Program-made: the position numbers and the translations under genes
Notes under the pieces: model-generated
Database searches by the model: none
The model's input: only the letters and a program-made list of their open reading frames with translations
What the model was told of the DNA's origin: nothing
Assembly: GCA_964016885.1 (NCBI GenBank)
Contig: OZ024740.1
Coordinates: forward strand, 85,808,001 to 85,872,000
Source: Eledone cirrhosa
Lineage: Eukaryota
DNA length: 64,000 nucleotides
Reading direction: 5' to 3'
Shown: in pieces, positions 17,468-34,376 of the stretch
How positions within the stretch are numbered: the stretch's first letter is position 1
How the letters are laid out: every line of letters starts with the position of its first letter

Positions 17468-20311
17468 CCACAACACCACTAACAACAACAACAACCACAA
17501 CACCACTGACAACAACAACAACCACAACACCACTGACAACAACAACAACAACCACAATTCCACTGAGAACAACAACAACAACAACCACAACACCACTGAT
17601 AATAACAACAACAACCACAACCAGAACACCACTGACAACAACAACAACAACCACAATTTCACTGAGAACAACAACAACAACAACCACAACACCACTGACA
17701 ACAACAACAACAACCACAATTCCACTGAGAACAACAACAACAACCACAACACCACTGATAACAACAACAACAACAACAACAACCACAACACCACTGAGAA
17801 CAACAACAACAACCACAATTCCACTGAGAACAACAAAAACAACAACCACAACACCATTGACAACAACAACAACCACAATTCCACTGAGAACAACAACAAC
17901 CACAATTCCACTGAGAACAACAACAACAACAACCACAACACCATTGACAACAACAACAACCACAACACCACTGATAACAACAACAACAACAACCACAACC
18001 ACCACTGACAACAACAACCACAATTCCACTGAGAACAAGAACAACAACAACCACAACACCACTAACAACAACAACAACAACCACAATTCCACTGAGAAAA
18101 ACAACAACAACAACCACAACACCACTGACAACAACAACAACAACCACAACACCATTGATAACAACAACAACACCACTGACAACAATAACAACAACTACAA
18201 CACCACTGACAACAACAACAACAACCACAACACCATTGACAATAACAACAACAACAACCACAACACCACTGACAACAACAACAGCAACAACAAACACAAC
18301 ACCACTGACAACAACAAGAACCACAACAACAACAACAACAACAACAACCACAACATCACTGACAACAACAACAACAACAACAACAACACAACTGACAACA
18401 ACAACAACAACAACCACAACACCACTGACAACAACAACAACAACAACAACCACAACACCTCTGACAACAACAACAACAACAGCAACCACAACACCACTGA
18501 CAACAACAACAACAACAACCACAACATCACTGACAACAACAACAACAACAACAACAACCACAACACCACTAACAACAACAACAACCACAAAAACAAAGAC
18601 AACAACAACAACCACAAAACCACTGACAACAACAACAACAACCACAATTCCATTGAGAACAACAACAACAACCACAACACCACTGATAACAACAACAACA
18701 ACAACCACAACACCACTGAAAACAACAACAACAACCACAACACCACTGACAACAACAACAACAACAACCACAACACCACTGACAACAACAATAACAACAA
18801 CCACAACACCACTGACAACAACAACAACAACAACAACCACAACACCACTAACAACAACAACAACCACAACACCACTGACATCAACAACGACAACCACAAC
18901 ACCACTGACAACAACAACAACCACAACACCACTGACAACAACAACAACAACAACAACCACAACACCACTGACAACAACAACAACAACAACAACGACAACA
19001 CCACTGACAACAACAACAACAACAACACCACTGACAACAACAACAACCACAACACCACTGACAACAACAACAACCACAACACCACTGACAACAACAACCA
19101 CAACAACAACACCACTGACAACAACAAACACAACCACAACACTACTGACAACAACAACAACAACAAATACAACACCACTGACAACAACAACAACAACAAC
19201 AACAACCACAACTCCACTGACAGCGACAACAACCACAACACAAATGACAACAACAACAACAACAACAACCACAACACCACTGACAACAACCACAACCACA
19301 ACACCACCGACAACAACAACAGCAACAACAAACACAGCACCACTGACAACAACAAGAACCACAACAACAACAATAACCAGAACACCACTGACAACAACAA
19401 CCACAACACCACTAACAACAACAACAACCACAACACAACTGACAACAACAACAACAACAACAACCACAACACCAGTGACAACAACAACAACAACCACAAC
19501 ACCACTGACAACAACAACAACAACAACCACAACCACAACACCACTGACAACAACAATAACAACAACCACAACACAACTGACAACAACAACAACAACAACC
19601 ACAACACCACTGACAACAACAACAACAACCACAACCACAATACCACTGACAACAACAACAACAACCACAACACAACTGACAACAACAACAACAACAACAA
19701 CAAAAACACAACTGACAACAACAACCACAACACAACTGACAACAACAACAACAACCACAACACAACTGACAACAACAACAACAACAACCACAACACCACT
19801 GACAACAACAACAACAACAAAAATCACAACACCACTGACAACAACAACAACAACCACAACACAACTGACAACATCAACAACAACAACAACCACAACACAA
19901 CTGACAACAACAACAACAACAACCACAACACCACTGACAACAACAACAACAACATCCACAACACCTCTGACAACAACAACAACAACAGCAACCACAACAC
20001 CACTGACAACAACAACAACAACAACCACAACACCACTAACAACAACAACAACCACAACACCACTGACAACAACAACAACCACAACACCACTGACAACAAC
20101 AACAACAACCACAATTCCACTGAGAACAACAACAACAACAACCACAACACCACTGATAATAACAACAACAACCACAACCACAACACCACTGACAACAACA
20201 ACAACAACCACAATTTCACTGAGAACAACAACAACAACAACCACAACACCACTGACAACAACAACAACAACCACAATTCCACTGAGAACAACAACAACAA
20301 CCACAACACCA

Positions 20312-20342
<31 letters not shown>

Positions 20343-21680
20343 CCACAACACCACTGAGAACAACAACAACAACCACAATTCCACTGAGAACAACAACAAC
20401 AACAACCACAACACCATTGACAACAACAACAACCACAATTCCACTGAGAACAACAAAAACAACAACCACAACACCACTGATAACAACAACAACAACAACC
20501 ACAACCACCACTGACAACAACAACAACAACCACAATTCCACTGAGAACAACAGCAACAACAACCACAACACCACTAACAACAACAACAACAACCACAATT
20601 CCACTGAGAAAAACAACAACAACAACCACAACACCACTGACAACAACAACAACAACCACAACACCATTGATAACAACAACAACAGCAACCACAACACCAC
20701 TGACAACAATAACAACAACTACAACACCACTGACAACAACAACAACCACAACACCATTGACAATAACAACAACAACAACCACAACACCACTGACAACAAC
20801 AACAGCAACAACAAACACAACACCACTGACAACAACAAGAACCACAACAACAACAACAACAACCAGAACACCACTGACAACAACAACAACAACCACAACC
20901 ACAACACCACTGACAACAACAACAATAACATCCACAACACCTCTGACAACAACAACTACAACACCACTGACAACAACAACCACAACCACAACCACAACAC
21001 AACTGACAACAACAACAACAACAACCACAACACCACTGACAACAACAACAACAACCACAACACAACTGACAACAACAACAACCACAACACAACTGACAAC
21101 AACAACAACAACCACAACACAACTGACGACAACAACAACAATAACACCTCTGACAACAACAACAACAGCAACCACAACACTACTGACAACAACAACAACA
21201 ACAACCACAACATCACTGACAACAACAACAACAACAACAACAACACAACTGACAACAACAACAACAACAACCACAACACCACTGACAACAACAACAACAA
21301 CAACCACAACACCTCTGACAACAACAACAACAACAGCAACCACAACACCACTGACAACAACAACAACAACAACCACAACATCACTGACAACAACAACAAC
21401 AACCACAACACCACTAACAACAACAACAACCACAAATACAAAGACAACAACAACAACCACAAAACCACTGACAACAACAACAACAACCACAATTCCATTG
21501 AGAACAACAACAACAACCACAACACCACTGATAACAACAACAACCACAACCACAACACCACTGACAACAACAACAACAACCACAACACCACTGACAAGAA
21601 CAACAACGACTACAACACCACTGAAAACAACAACAACAACCACAACACCACTGACAACAACAACAACCAGAACACCACTG

Positions 21681-21711
<31 letters not shown>

Positions 21712-22193
21712 CCACAACCACAACACCACTGACAACAACAATAACGACAACCACAACACAACTGACAACAACAACAACAACAACCACAACACCACTGACA
21801 ACAACAACAACAACCACAACCACAACACCACTGACAACAACAACAACAACCACAACACAACTGACAACTACAACAACAACAAACACAACACAACTGACAA
21901 CAACAACAACAACAACCACAACACAACTGACAACAACAACAACAACCACAACACAACTCACAACAACAACAACAACAACAACCACAACACCACTGACAAC
22001 AACAACAACAACAACCATAACACCACTGACAACAACAACAACAACCACAACACAACTGACAACAACAACAACAACAACAACCACAACACAACTGACAACA
22101 ACAACAACAACAACCACAACACCACTGACAACAACAACAACCACAACACCTCTGACAACAACAACAACAACAACAGCAACCACAACACCACTG

Positions 22194-22227
<34 letters not shown>

Positions 22228-23637
22228 CCACAACACGACTAACAACAACAACAACCACAACACCACTGACAACAACAACAACCACAACACCACTGACAAC
22301 AACAACAACCACAACACCACTAACAACAACAACAACCACAACACCACTAACAACAACAACAACCACAACACCACTGACAACAACAACAACCACAATTCCA
22401 CTGAGAACAACAAAAACAACAACCACAACACCACTGATAACAACAACAACAACAACCACAACCACCACTGACAACAACAACAACAACCACAATTCCACTG
22501 AGAACAACAACAACAACAACCACAACACCACTAACAACAACAACAACAACCACAATTCCACTGAGAAAAACAACAACAACAACCACAACACCACTGACAA
22601 CAACAACAACAACCACAACACCATTGATAACAACAACAACAACAACCACAACACCACTGACAACAATAACAACAACTACAACACCACTGACAACAACAAC
22701 AACAACCACAACACCACTGACAACAACAAGAACCACAACAACAACAACAACAACCAGAACACCACTGACAACAACAACAACAACCACAACCACAACACCA
22801 CTGACAACAACAACAATAACATCCACAACACCTCTGACAACAACAACTACAACACCACTGACAACAACAACCACAACCACAACCACAACACAACTGACAA
22901 CAACAACAACAACAACCACAACACCACTGACAACAACAACAACAACCACAACCACAACACCACTGACAACAACAACAACAACCACAACACAACTGACAAC
23001 AACAACAACCACAACACAACTGACAACAACAACAACAACCACAACACAACTGACGACAACAACAACAATAACACCTCTGACAACAACAACAACAGCAACC
23101 ACAACACCACTGACAACAACAACAACAACAACCACAACATCACTGACAACAACAACAACAACAACAACACAACTGACAACAACAACAACAACAACCACAA
23201 CACCACTGACAACAACAACAACAACAACCACAACACCTCTGACAACAACAACAACAACAGCAACCACAACACCACTGACAACAACAACAACAACAACCAC
23301 AACATCACTGACAACAACAACAACAACCACAACACCACTAACAACAACAACAACCACAAAAACAAAGACAACAACAACAACCACAAAACCACTGACAACA
23401 ACAACAACAACCACAATTCCATTGAGAACAACAACAACAACCACAACACCACTGATAACAACAACAACCACAACCACAACACCACTGACAACAACAACAA
23501 CAACCACAACACCACTGACAAGAACAACAACGACTACAACACCACTGAAAACAACAACAACAACCACAACACCACTGACAACAACAACAACGACTACAAC
23601 ACCACTGAAAACAACAACAACAACCAGAACACCACTG

Positions 23638-23668
<31 letters not shown>

Positions 23669-24111
23669 CCACAACCACAACACCACTGACAACAACAATA
23701 ACGACAACCACAACACAACTGACAACAACAACAACAACAACCACAACACCACTGACAACAACAACAACAACCACAACACAACTGACAACTACAACAACAA
23801 CAAACACAACACAACTGACAACAACAACAACAACAACCACAACACAACTGACAACAACAACAACAACCACAACACAACTGACAACAACAACAACAACAAC
23901 AACCACAACACAACTGACAACAACAACAACAACAACCATAACACCACTGACAACAACAACAACAACCACAACACAACTGACAACAACAACAACAACAACA
24001 ACCACAACACAACTGACAACAACAACAACAACAACCACAACACCACTGACAACAACAACAACCACAACACCTCTGACAACAACAACAACAACAGCAACCA
24101 CAACACCACTG

Positions 24112-24145
<34 letters not shown>

Positions 24146-26407
24146 CCACAACACGACTAACAACAACAACAACCACAACACCACTGACAACAACAACAAC
24201 CACAACACCACTGACAACAACAATAACCACAACACCACTAAAAGCAACAACAACCACAACACCACTGATAACAACAACAACAACCACAACCACAACACCA
24301 CTGACAACAACAACAACAACAACCACAATTCCACTGAGAACAACAACAACAACAACCACAACACCACTGACAACAACAACAACAACCACAATTCCACTGA
24401 GAACAACAACAACAACCACAACACCACTGATAACAACAACAACAACAACAACCACAACACCACTGAGAACAACAACAACAACCAAATTCCACTGAGAACA
24501 ACAACAACAACAACCACAACACCACTGACAACAACAACAACCACAATTCCACTGAGAACAACAACAACAACAACCACAACACCACTGATAACAACAACAA
24601 CAACAACAACAACCACAACACCACTGACAACAACAACAACAACCACAATTCCACTGAGAACAACAACAACAACAACCACAACACCACTGACAACAACAAC
24701 AACAACCACAATTCCACTGAGAACAACAACAACAACAACCACAACACCACTGACAACAACAACAACCACAACACCACTGACAACAACAACAACAACAACA
24801 ACAACCACAACACCACTGACAACAACAACAACAACAACCACAACACCACTGACAACAACAACAACAACAACCACAACACCACTGATAACAACAACAACAA
24901 CCACAACCACAACACCACTGACAACAACCACAACCACAACACAACTGACAACAACAACAACAACCACAACACCACTAACAACAACAACAACCACAACACC
25001 ACTGACAACAACAACAACCACAACACCACTGACAACAACAACAACAACCACAACACCACTGATAACAACAACAACAACAACCACAACACCACTGACAACA
25101 ATAACAACAACTACAACACCACTGACAACAACAACAACAACAACCACAACACCACTGACAATAACAACAACAACAACCACAACACCACTGACAACAACAA
25201 CAACAACCACAACACCACTGACAACAACAACAACAACAACCACAACACCACTGACAACAACAACAACTATAACCGCAACACCACTGACAACAACAACAAC
25301 AACAACAACCACAACACCACTAACAACAACAACAATCACAACACCACTGACAACAACAACGACAACCACAACACCACTGACAACAACAACAACAACAACA
25401 ACAACCACAAAACCACTGACAACAACAACAACCACAACACCACTGACAACAACAACAACACCCACAAAACCACTGACAACAACAACAACAACAACAACAA
25501 CAACCACAACACCACTGACAACAACAACAACAACAACCACAACACCACTGACAACAACAACAACAACAACAACAACAGCACTGATAACAACAACAACAAC
25601 CACAACACCACTAACAACAACAACCACAACACTACTGACAACAACAACCACAACAACAACACCACTGACAGCAACAACAACCACAACACCACTGACAACA
25701 GCAATAACACAACCACAACACCACTGACAACAACAACAACAACACCACTGACAACAGCAACAACAACAACAACCACAACACCACTTACAACAGCAACAAC
25801 AACATCCACAACACCACTGACAACAACAACAACAATCACAACCACAACACCACTGACAACAACAACCACAACACCACTGACAACAACAACAACAACAACA
25901 CCACTGACGACAAAAACAACAACAAACACAACACCACTGACAACAACAACAACAACAACAACCACAGCACCACTGACAACAACAACAACAACAACAACAA
26001 CACCACTGACGACAACAACAACAACAACACTACTGACAACAGCAACAACAACAACCACAACACCACTGACAACAACAACAACAACAACCACAACCACAAC
26101 ACCACTGACAACAACAACCACAACACCACTGACAACAACAACAACAAATACAACACAACTGACAACAACAACAACAACAACAACAACAACACCACTGACA
26201 ACAACAACAACCACAACAACAACACCACTGACAACAACAACAACCACAACACAACTGACAACAACAACAACAACAACAATAACAACAACCACAACACCAC
26301 TGACAACAACCACAACCACAACACAACTGACAACAACAACAACAACAACAACAACAATAACAACAACCACAACACCACTGACAACAACAACAACCACAAC
26401 ACAACTG

Positions 26408-26438
<31 letters not shown>

Positions 26439-27354
26439 CCACAACACCACTGACAACAACAACAGCAACAACAAACACAACACCACTGACAACAACAAGA
26501 ACCACAACAACAACAACAACAACCAGAACACCACTGACAACAACAACCACAACACCACTGACAACAACAACAACAACAACACAACTGACAACAACAACAA
26601 CAACAACAACAACACCACTGACAACAACAACAACCACAACACCACTGACAACAACAACAACAAAAAAACCACAACACCACTGACAACAACAACAACAACA
26701 ACAACAACCACATCACCATTGACAACAACAACAACAACCACAACACAACTGACAACAACAACAACAACAACCACAACACAACTGACAACAACAACAACAA
26801 CCACAACACAACTGACAACAACAACAACAACCACAACACCACTGACAACAACAACAACCACAACACCACTGACAACAACAACAACAACAACCACAACACC
26901 ACTGACAACAACAACAACAACAACAACAACCACAACACAACTGACAACAACAACAACAAACCACAACACCACTGACAACAACAACAACAACAACCACAAC
27001 ATCACTGACAACAACAACAACAACAACAACAACAACCACAACACCACTAACAACAACAACAACCACAACACCACTGACAACAACAACAACCACAACACCA
27101 CTGACAACAACAACCACAATTCCACTGAGAACAACAACAACAACAACCACAACACCACTGACAACAACAACAACAACAACAACCACAACACAACTGACAA
27201 CAACAACAACACCACTGACAACAACAACAACAACAACACCACTGACAACAACAACAACCACAACACCACTGACAACAACAACCACAACACCACTGACAAC
27301 AACAACAACAATAACAACAACAACACCACTGACAACAACAACAACAACAACAGC

Positions 27355-27395
<41 letters not shown>

Positions 27396-27525
27396 CCACA
27401 ACACCACTGACAACAACAACAACCACAACACCACTGACAACAACAACCACAACACCACTGACAACAAAAACAACCTCAACACCACTGACAATTACAACAG
27501 TAACGGCAACAACAGAAACACCACT
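548..27525. repeat. ~27-kb minisatellite/satellite array, unit (AAC)3-10 + CACAACACCACTGAC, with higher-order repeats
   Basis: Continuous tandem units. Recurrent variants (caactgac, cctctgac, catcactgac, ttccactgag, ccagaacacc) return in the same order in larger blocks. The poly-Thr/Asn/Val/Leu/Cys ORFs are its six frames. Confidence 0.97.
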
Positions 27526-28325
27526 ACCCACTACCACCACCACCACCACGAATACCACTACCACCACCACAAATACCACTACCACCACTACCACCACTAC
27601 CACCACTACCACCACCTCCACCACCACAAATAGCACTACCACCACTACTACCACCTACACCACCACCACCACCAACAGCAGCAGCACCATCACCACGAAT
27701 ACCACTACCACCACTACCACCACCACCACCACCACCTCCCTCACCACCATCACCACGAATACCACTACCACCACTACCACCACCTCCACCACCACAATCA
27801 ACATGAATACCACTACCACCACTACCACCACATACACCACCACATACACCACCACTACCACCACCTCCACCACCACCATCACCACGAATACCATTTACCA
27901 CCACTACCACCACTACCACCACCTCCCTCACCACCATTACCACGAATACCACTACCACCACTACCACTACTTCCACCACCACCACCAACACGAATACCAC
28001 TACCACCACTACCACCACCTCCACTACCACCAACAGCAGCAGCACCATCACCACGAATACCACTACCACCACTACCACCACTTCCACCACTTCCACCACC
28101 ACCACCAACACGAATACCACTACCACCACTACCACCACCTCCACTACCACCAACAGCACCACCACCATCACCACGAATACCACTACCACCACTACCACCA
28201 CTACCACCACTACCACCACCACCACCACCACCACGAATACCACTACCACCACTACCACCACTAACACCACTACCACCACTACCTCCACCACCACCACCTC
28301 CACCACTACCACCCACCACCACCAC
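27526..28325. repeat. (ACC/ACT)n repeat with CACGAATAC spacer; right flank of the satellite
   Basis: caccactaccaccac tracts with recurring caccacgaataccactacc and aacagcagcagcaccatcaccacg. Confidence 0.9.
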
Positions 28326-28574
28326 ATTAAAAAACAATATATATATGCTACATGTAAGACACGACTTCAAAAGTAAAACACGTAAACTATAAATAAATAT
28401 AAATATAAATAAATATAAATAAAAAAAAAAAAAAAATTCGTCTCGCTATCAAAGAGTATTCTGAAAGATATCTACACGTTTCCCCATGTGTGCAATGCTG
28501 CCACGTTCCAGAAACTTCTTCCATCGATGTAAATAGATAGATAAATAAATAAATGTGTGTACATATATAGATAC

Positions 28575-30225
28575 AGATAGATAGATATCTTTCTTTATTT
28601 GCCACAGGAGCGTACGAAAGTGGGACATTACAAGACGTGACAACGGGGGTTTTACATAAAAATAACTTTAAAATTAATAAATAACAATAATCTATATATA
28701 ATAAAATAACAATTGAAATCCCCAGTAGGGAGGAACGTTACTGCAGGGTTGTTTTACACCCCGAGGATAGAACAACCCTCAACACCAGGAACACGTTTTG
28801 TAGGTTTTCCTGTCATTCCTCTGTTTATCTTCCTCAACCTACAGGTTTATATACAGAGAAGGCCCATTCACTCGGGTCATTTTTGCCACATTCACCCACC
28901 TTTCAGCGAATTTACTGGGGTGTAGCACCTCTCTCTCCACTCTCAGCTTCCTTCTGAAGTGATACTTAAAGAAGGGGATAAGTTGTTGTCCGGAGAGAAA
29001 GGTGTTTGCCCTCAGTCCTTTTAACCTCGTCCACCATATTACTTCTTTCGCCATAGCGACCAGACAGAGGAAAACCGCCCCTCCTTCGTTCTTAAATGAA
29101 GGCGGCGGACTGATCCTCACGATGGACTCGGCTGACAACTGGATGCGTCCCACACGCGACAGCAGCTGTTCGACATAATTCCACAGGTCGGTCACCCCTA
29201 GGCACTGAACAATTGCGTGCAGAACGGTTTCGATGTCCTGCTCGCATCTTGGACAGGTCCATTTGGCAGGATCTCTGCCAGGGCGTCCGTGCCTGTAGAT
29301 TTTGTCTCGAACTGGTAGAGTTCCTCGGTGGCACTGCCAGGCCAGAGACCTCTGGAAGTTATCCATAGGCCCTGGACGGAAAGTCCTCCCGAACAGACTG
29401 GCCAGTTCGTCCTCCTCGATGCCTAGAGTTTCCCCGAGAATGTCGTCGCACTTATCCTCCACTAATCCCCTATAGAATGTCGAAGTGGAGTCTCCGCTGA
29501 TTGCCGTTTCCGCTTGGTAGAGAGCTGTGAGCACCTGTAGGCACTCGAGGTGCCAGGCAAACATTTTCGGTCTTCGCTTGACCCAGGACTGGGTTGTGGA
29601 AGAGCTTGTCTCACAAACTGGTTCACCGGTGTGGAATACCTGGAGATGGCGTAGCCTCAGCACATGTTTGCGCATCATCAGCCACGGCATGCCCAGCCCT
29701 CCGTTAGAAGGGTGTTGACATCAGATGGATCTCCTCACCAATGGAGCCTATTTCTTCCAGAGGAACTTGAAGAGTAGGCGTTCCATTTTGGTAAGGTATT
29801 CGCAGGGGCAAGGCACGACTGTCAAGCGGTAGTAGATGACGGACGCTATGTAAGTGTTCGCCACGTCCGCTCGACCTTTCAAAGAGAGTTTGCACTCAGC
29901 CCACTTCTGGGTGAGTGCAAACACCTTCGCCGTGACCTCGTTCCAGTTCTTGTCCACCTGGAGGTCTGGAGCGAACCAGACCCCGAGAAATTTCACCGGT
30001 CCTTCCGTCTAGCGTCCAACGACACTGTCGGAAGGCATGAGTTTGCCTCTCCATGTGCCGAGCTGCAAACCGACAGACTTGTTTGGGTTTAGTCTTGCTC
30101 CTGTCAACGTTTCCTATTCCTGTAATAGGTTGCCGATTACCCTGATTTCCGAGGTTTTCGACACCATTACGGTTATGTCGTCGGCATAGGCTGACGCTGC
30201 TTTCCGTAGTCCTGGTTCGATCGGG
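28575..30225 (-). mobile_element. 5'-truncated L1/Tx1-clade LINE: RT C-terminus, zinc-binding (zf-RVT-like) region and 3'UTR, with frameshifts and stops
   Basis: Minus strand encodes AYADDITVMV (~30178-30192), KFLGVWF, LSLKGRADVANTYIASVIYYRL, GGLGMP and CPRCEQDIETVLHAIVQC. The 3'UTR ends AATAAAGAAAG followed by (ATCT)n. Confidence 0.9.
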
Positions 30226-30362
30226 ATATATAGATAGATAGATAAATAGATAGATAGATAGATAGACAGATAAATTAATATATATAATTACGTATATGTA
30301 TGTATATGTAGGTATATATGTATATGTATGTATATGTATGTATGTATATATATATATATACA

Positions 30363-30580
30363 TGTCAGGTCACCAGTTGGTGCTACTGGTAACATGTATC
30401 CCAGTACAACCTGTCTCATGGTCGGGTCGTTGGCGACTAAACTGGCTACCCCACCAATGTTTCTTGGTGAGGAGGGTGACTTTGGACATCCTGCAGGACT
30501 AAAAACAAAACTTGTCAAAGGGCAAAGGAGCTCTTAAGAGTCAATGGCCATCCAAAATCACCGGGAGTGATGACCATTTA
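30363..30580 (+). mobile_element. Probable non-LTR retroelement 5'UTR fragment (RTE-like), tentative
   Basis: GC-richer island after a microsatellite. ggagctcttaagagtcaatgg resembles the reverse complement of 52369-52390, so it belongs to a dispersed repeat. Family assignment is from memory only. Confidence 0.3.
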
Positions 30581-30967
30581 GCCTTTGTCAAGGCAGAATT
30601 CTAGGAGAAGGAACACTCTGATATAACACCTGCAACCCTGATGGTATCCATTGATGTTGACTTGTTCTTCTTTTTGGTAAATATCATCTTGGTTAAGAGA
30701 GTGGGACTGGCTTTGTGCAGTGCCTTTGCTCACTATAAAAGCTTCACGGCACAGGCATTGTTTTATATCTGGAGATCTCTCTGCACTTGTCGTCACATGG
30801 TACCATGGGCCCAGCACTATGTGTGAATAATTGTCACAAGTGGAGTGTTTGTACCAGAGTTTTCAAGTCGCTGGCTGGACTAAAATGTCGCATTCGTTCA
30901 GCGCATCGGTAGGGGTTCTCCTACATGGATATAAAGTAGTGGCCGTACTCGAAAACGAGTTGGCAGC

Positions 30968-32463
<1,496 letters not shown>

Positions 32464-32919
32464 AACAAATAAAAAAAGAATCATGCTAGCAAGAGACTAA
32501 CAAATAACCGAATCTCCTATCGAGAGTATGTGTAAATTAATACTAAATGATTGCAGGAAGGATAAACGAAAACAGAAATATTTTCTATCAGGCGTTCTCC
32601 GAGATAAACACATCCCCTGAGGACGTGCAATACTATATTTCTGAAGACGTTCAGATATAATCGTAGTCTACCATACCAGTTCATTTGCTTTATTTTTCCC
32701 TACAAGATGGACGTAAAAATGATATTTCCTCTTGCTCGATCCATCATGGTAATATTGATGAGTCTCTGATACTTATCATACTCATCATCATACATTTCCT
32801 ATGCTCCACCACAATCGCCACCACCTTTCACTTTCACTTTCACTTTCACTTTCACTCTTTCGGTTTTCTTATTAATATAGTTGATGTTGTTGTTCTTGTT
32901 GTTTTTGCTATTATTACCA

Positions 32920-33101
32920 TGGATTGGCAGTATCGGTAGAGGATCGGACGCCATGCTTTAACGCATAGAGTTACGGCCCTTGCCATTCTGAGTTCAAATC
33001 CCGCCAAGGTTAACTTTGCCTTTCATCCTTACGGGGTCGATAAAATAAAGTACCAGTAATGCACTGGGGTATTTGCTGGCCTTGTGCCAATAGTAGAAAC
33101 A
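32920..33101 (+). mobile_element. tRNA-derived SINE (family A, copy 1)
   Basis: A-box TGGCAGTATCGG, B-box GAGTTCAAATCC, body gcctttcatccttacggggtcgataaaataaagtaccag. Homologous to 36659-36811 and 55927-56110. Confidence 0.9.
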
Positions 33102-33256
33102 ATTATTATGATCACGGCCTTATTGATGTTGATGATGAGGAGCATCATGATGATGATGATCATCATCATCATGGTCATTGTCATTATTACTATCATCATC
33201 TGCATCACCATTATACCGTTGCTCTTCTTCTTCTTCTGCTTCTTCTTCTTCTTCTT

Positions 33257-33287
<31 letters not shown>

Positions 33288-33298
33288 TTATTATTATT

Positions 33299-33611
33299 GT
33301 TGAAAGATGGATGAGAGAGGCAAGTATGGCCCGAATGAATGGGCCTACTCTGAGTATGTGTCTGTAAATTAAAGGTGGAAAACTGGGAGAGGGCACTTGC
33401 CCTGGTGGTCAGGGTCACTGTGGTCTTTTAATGGGCTTTCTCCACAAATGTCCCTCGGAAGTCTCCCCCCTATTGGGGAATTTTTCTTTGTTATTTTATT
33501 ACATCCTCTGTTTTTTTTTACACGCAGAAATGCCCATTTGTACCGTCCTGTATTGTCCTGTACTGTCCTTAATGTCTACTTTATGTAAACCCTTGTGGTT
33601 AATAAAGAAAA

Positions 33612-33612
<1 letters not shown>
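33299..33612 (+). mobile_element. 3' end fragment of a Tx1/L1-clade LINE related to 28575-30225
   Basis: VERWMREASMARMNGPTLSMCL* aligns with AERWVNVAKMTRVNGPSLYINL*. Similar 3'UTR ending tgtggttaataaagaaa followed by (ATT)n. Confidence 0.8.
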
Positions 33613-33654
<42 letters not shown>

Positions 33655-33797
33655 TGTAGTAGTAGTAGTAGTAGTGTTAATGTTATTATTTTTATCTAGG
33701 ATTTCTGTTTGGGAACAACACTTTCATCATCAACTAGAACAACAACATAAACAACAACAAGAACAACAACAACAGCTACCAACTACTACTACTACTT

Positions 33798-33856
<59 letters not shown>

Positions 33857-34015
33857 GCTGCTGCTTCTGCTGCTGCTGTTGCTGCTACTTGTGTGATAAT
33901 AGAAAATAATAACACTAGTCGTAGGAACACAACATGACCAGCAATATCGATCACCACAACCACCACAGCAACAACCACAGCAACAACCACAACAACAACC
34001 ACAACAACAACAAGA
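33613..34015. repeat. Cluster of trinucleotide microsatellites (ATT, GTA, AAC, ACT, GCT, AACAACCAC)
   Basis: Direct reading. A similar ATG/ATC/CTT cluster lies at 33120-33298. Confidence 0.9.
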
Positions 34016-34195
34016 CCCAGTAAGATTATGGAAAATTGATAAATAATATTGTATGCAGAAGCTAACATTTGATAAACAGTTTTCAGTGTAATATAAGCTG
34101 ATGCTATACATTTTTTCTGCGATATATATATATATATAGGCAAAATAATTAATGAAAGAGTTACAAGCCGTTAAAACATATCTTTATAAATTTCT

Positions 34196-34226
34196 TACAC
34201 GTGTTTCGCCCATTGGGGCTCGTCTG
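34196..34226 (-). ncRNA. Degenerate minimal hammerhead motif
   Basis: Minus strand CAGACGA-GCCC-caat-GGGC-GAAAC-ACGT-GTA. Palindromic loop III, but the core is CAGA instead of CTGA and stem I has only 2 bp. Confidence 0.5.
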
Positions 34227-34376
34227 AGGCAGATATTAAGGCAAAGTTTTTAATTATATTCCCTATATATATATATACTTAACCACGTATATTTAATATG
34301 CAGTGTGATGTAAAATTATTATTTTACCTGAATAAGATATATAATTAAAAACTTTGCCTTAATATCTGCCTCGGAC

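Noticed and set aside
548-27525. CRISPR-like repeat-spacer appearance
   Set aside because: The 'spacers' are only variable (AAC)n runs, there are no cas genes, and the context is eukaryotic.
109-28370. Dozens of long poly-Val/Leu/Cys/Thr/Asn/Gly ORFs
   Set aside because: They are all frames of the trinucleotide-based satellite, with no unique domain, start context or splice evidence.
32611-32670. CTGAGGA and CTGAAGA boxes with a small hairpin
   Set aside because: No downstream GAAA box or NUH with stem I.
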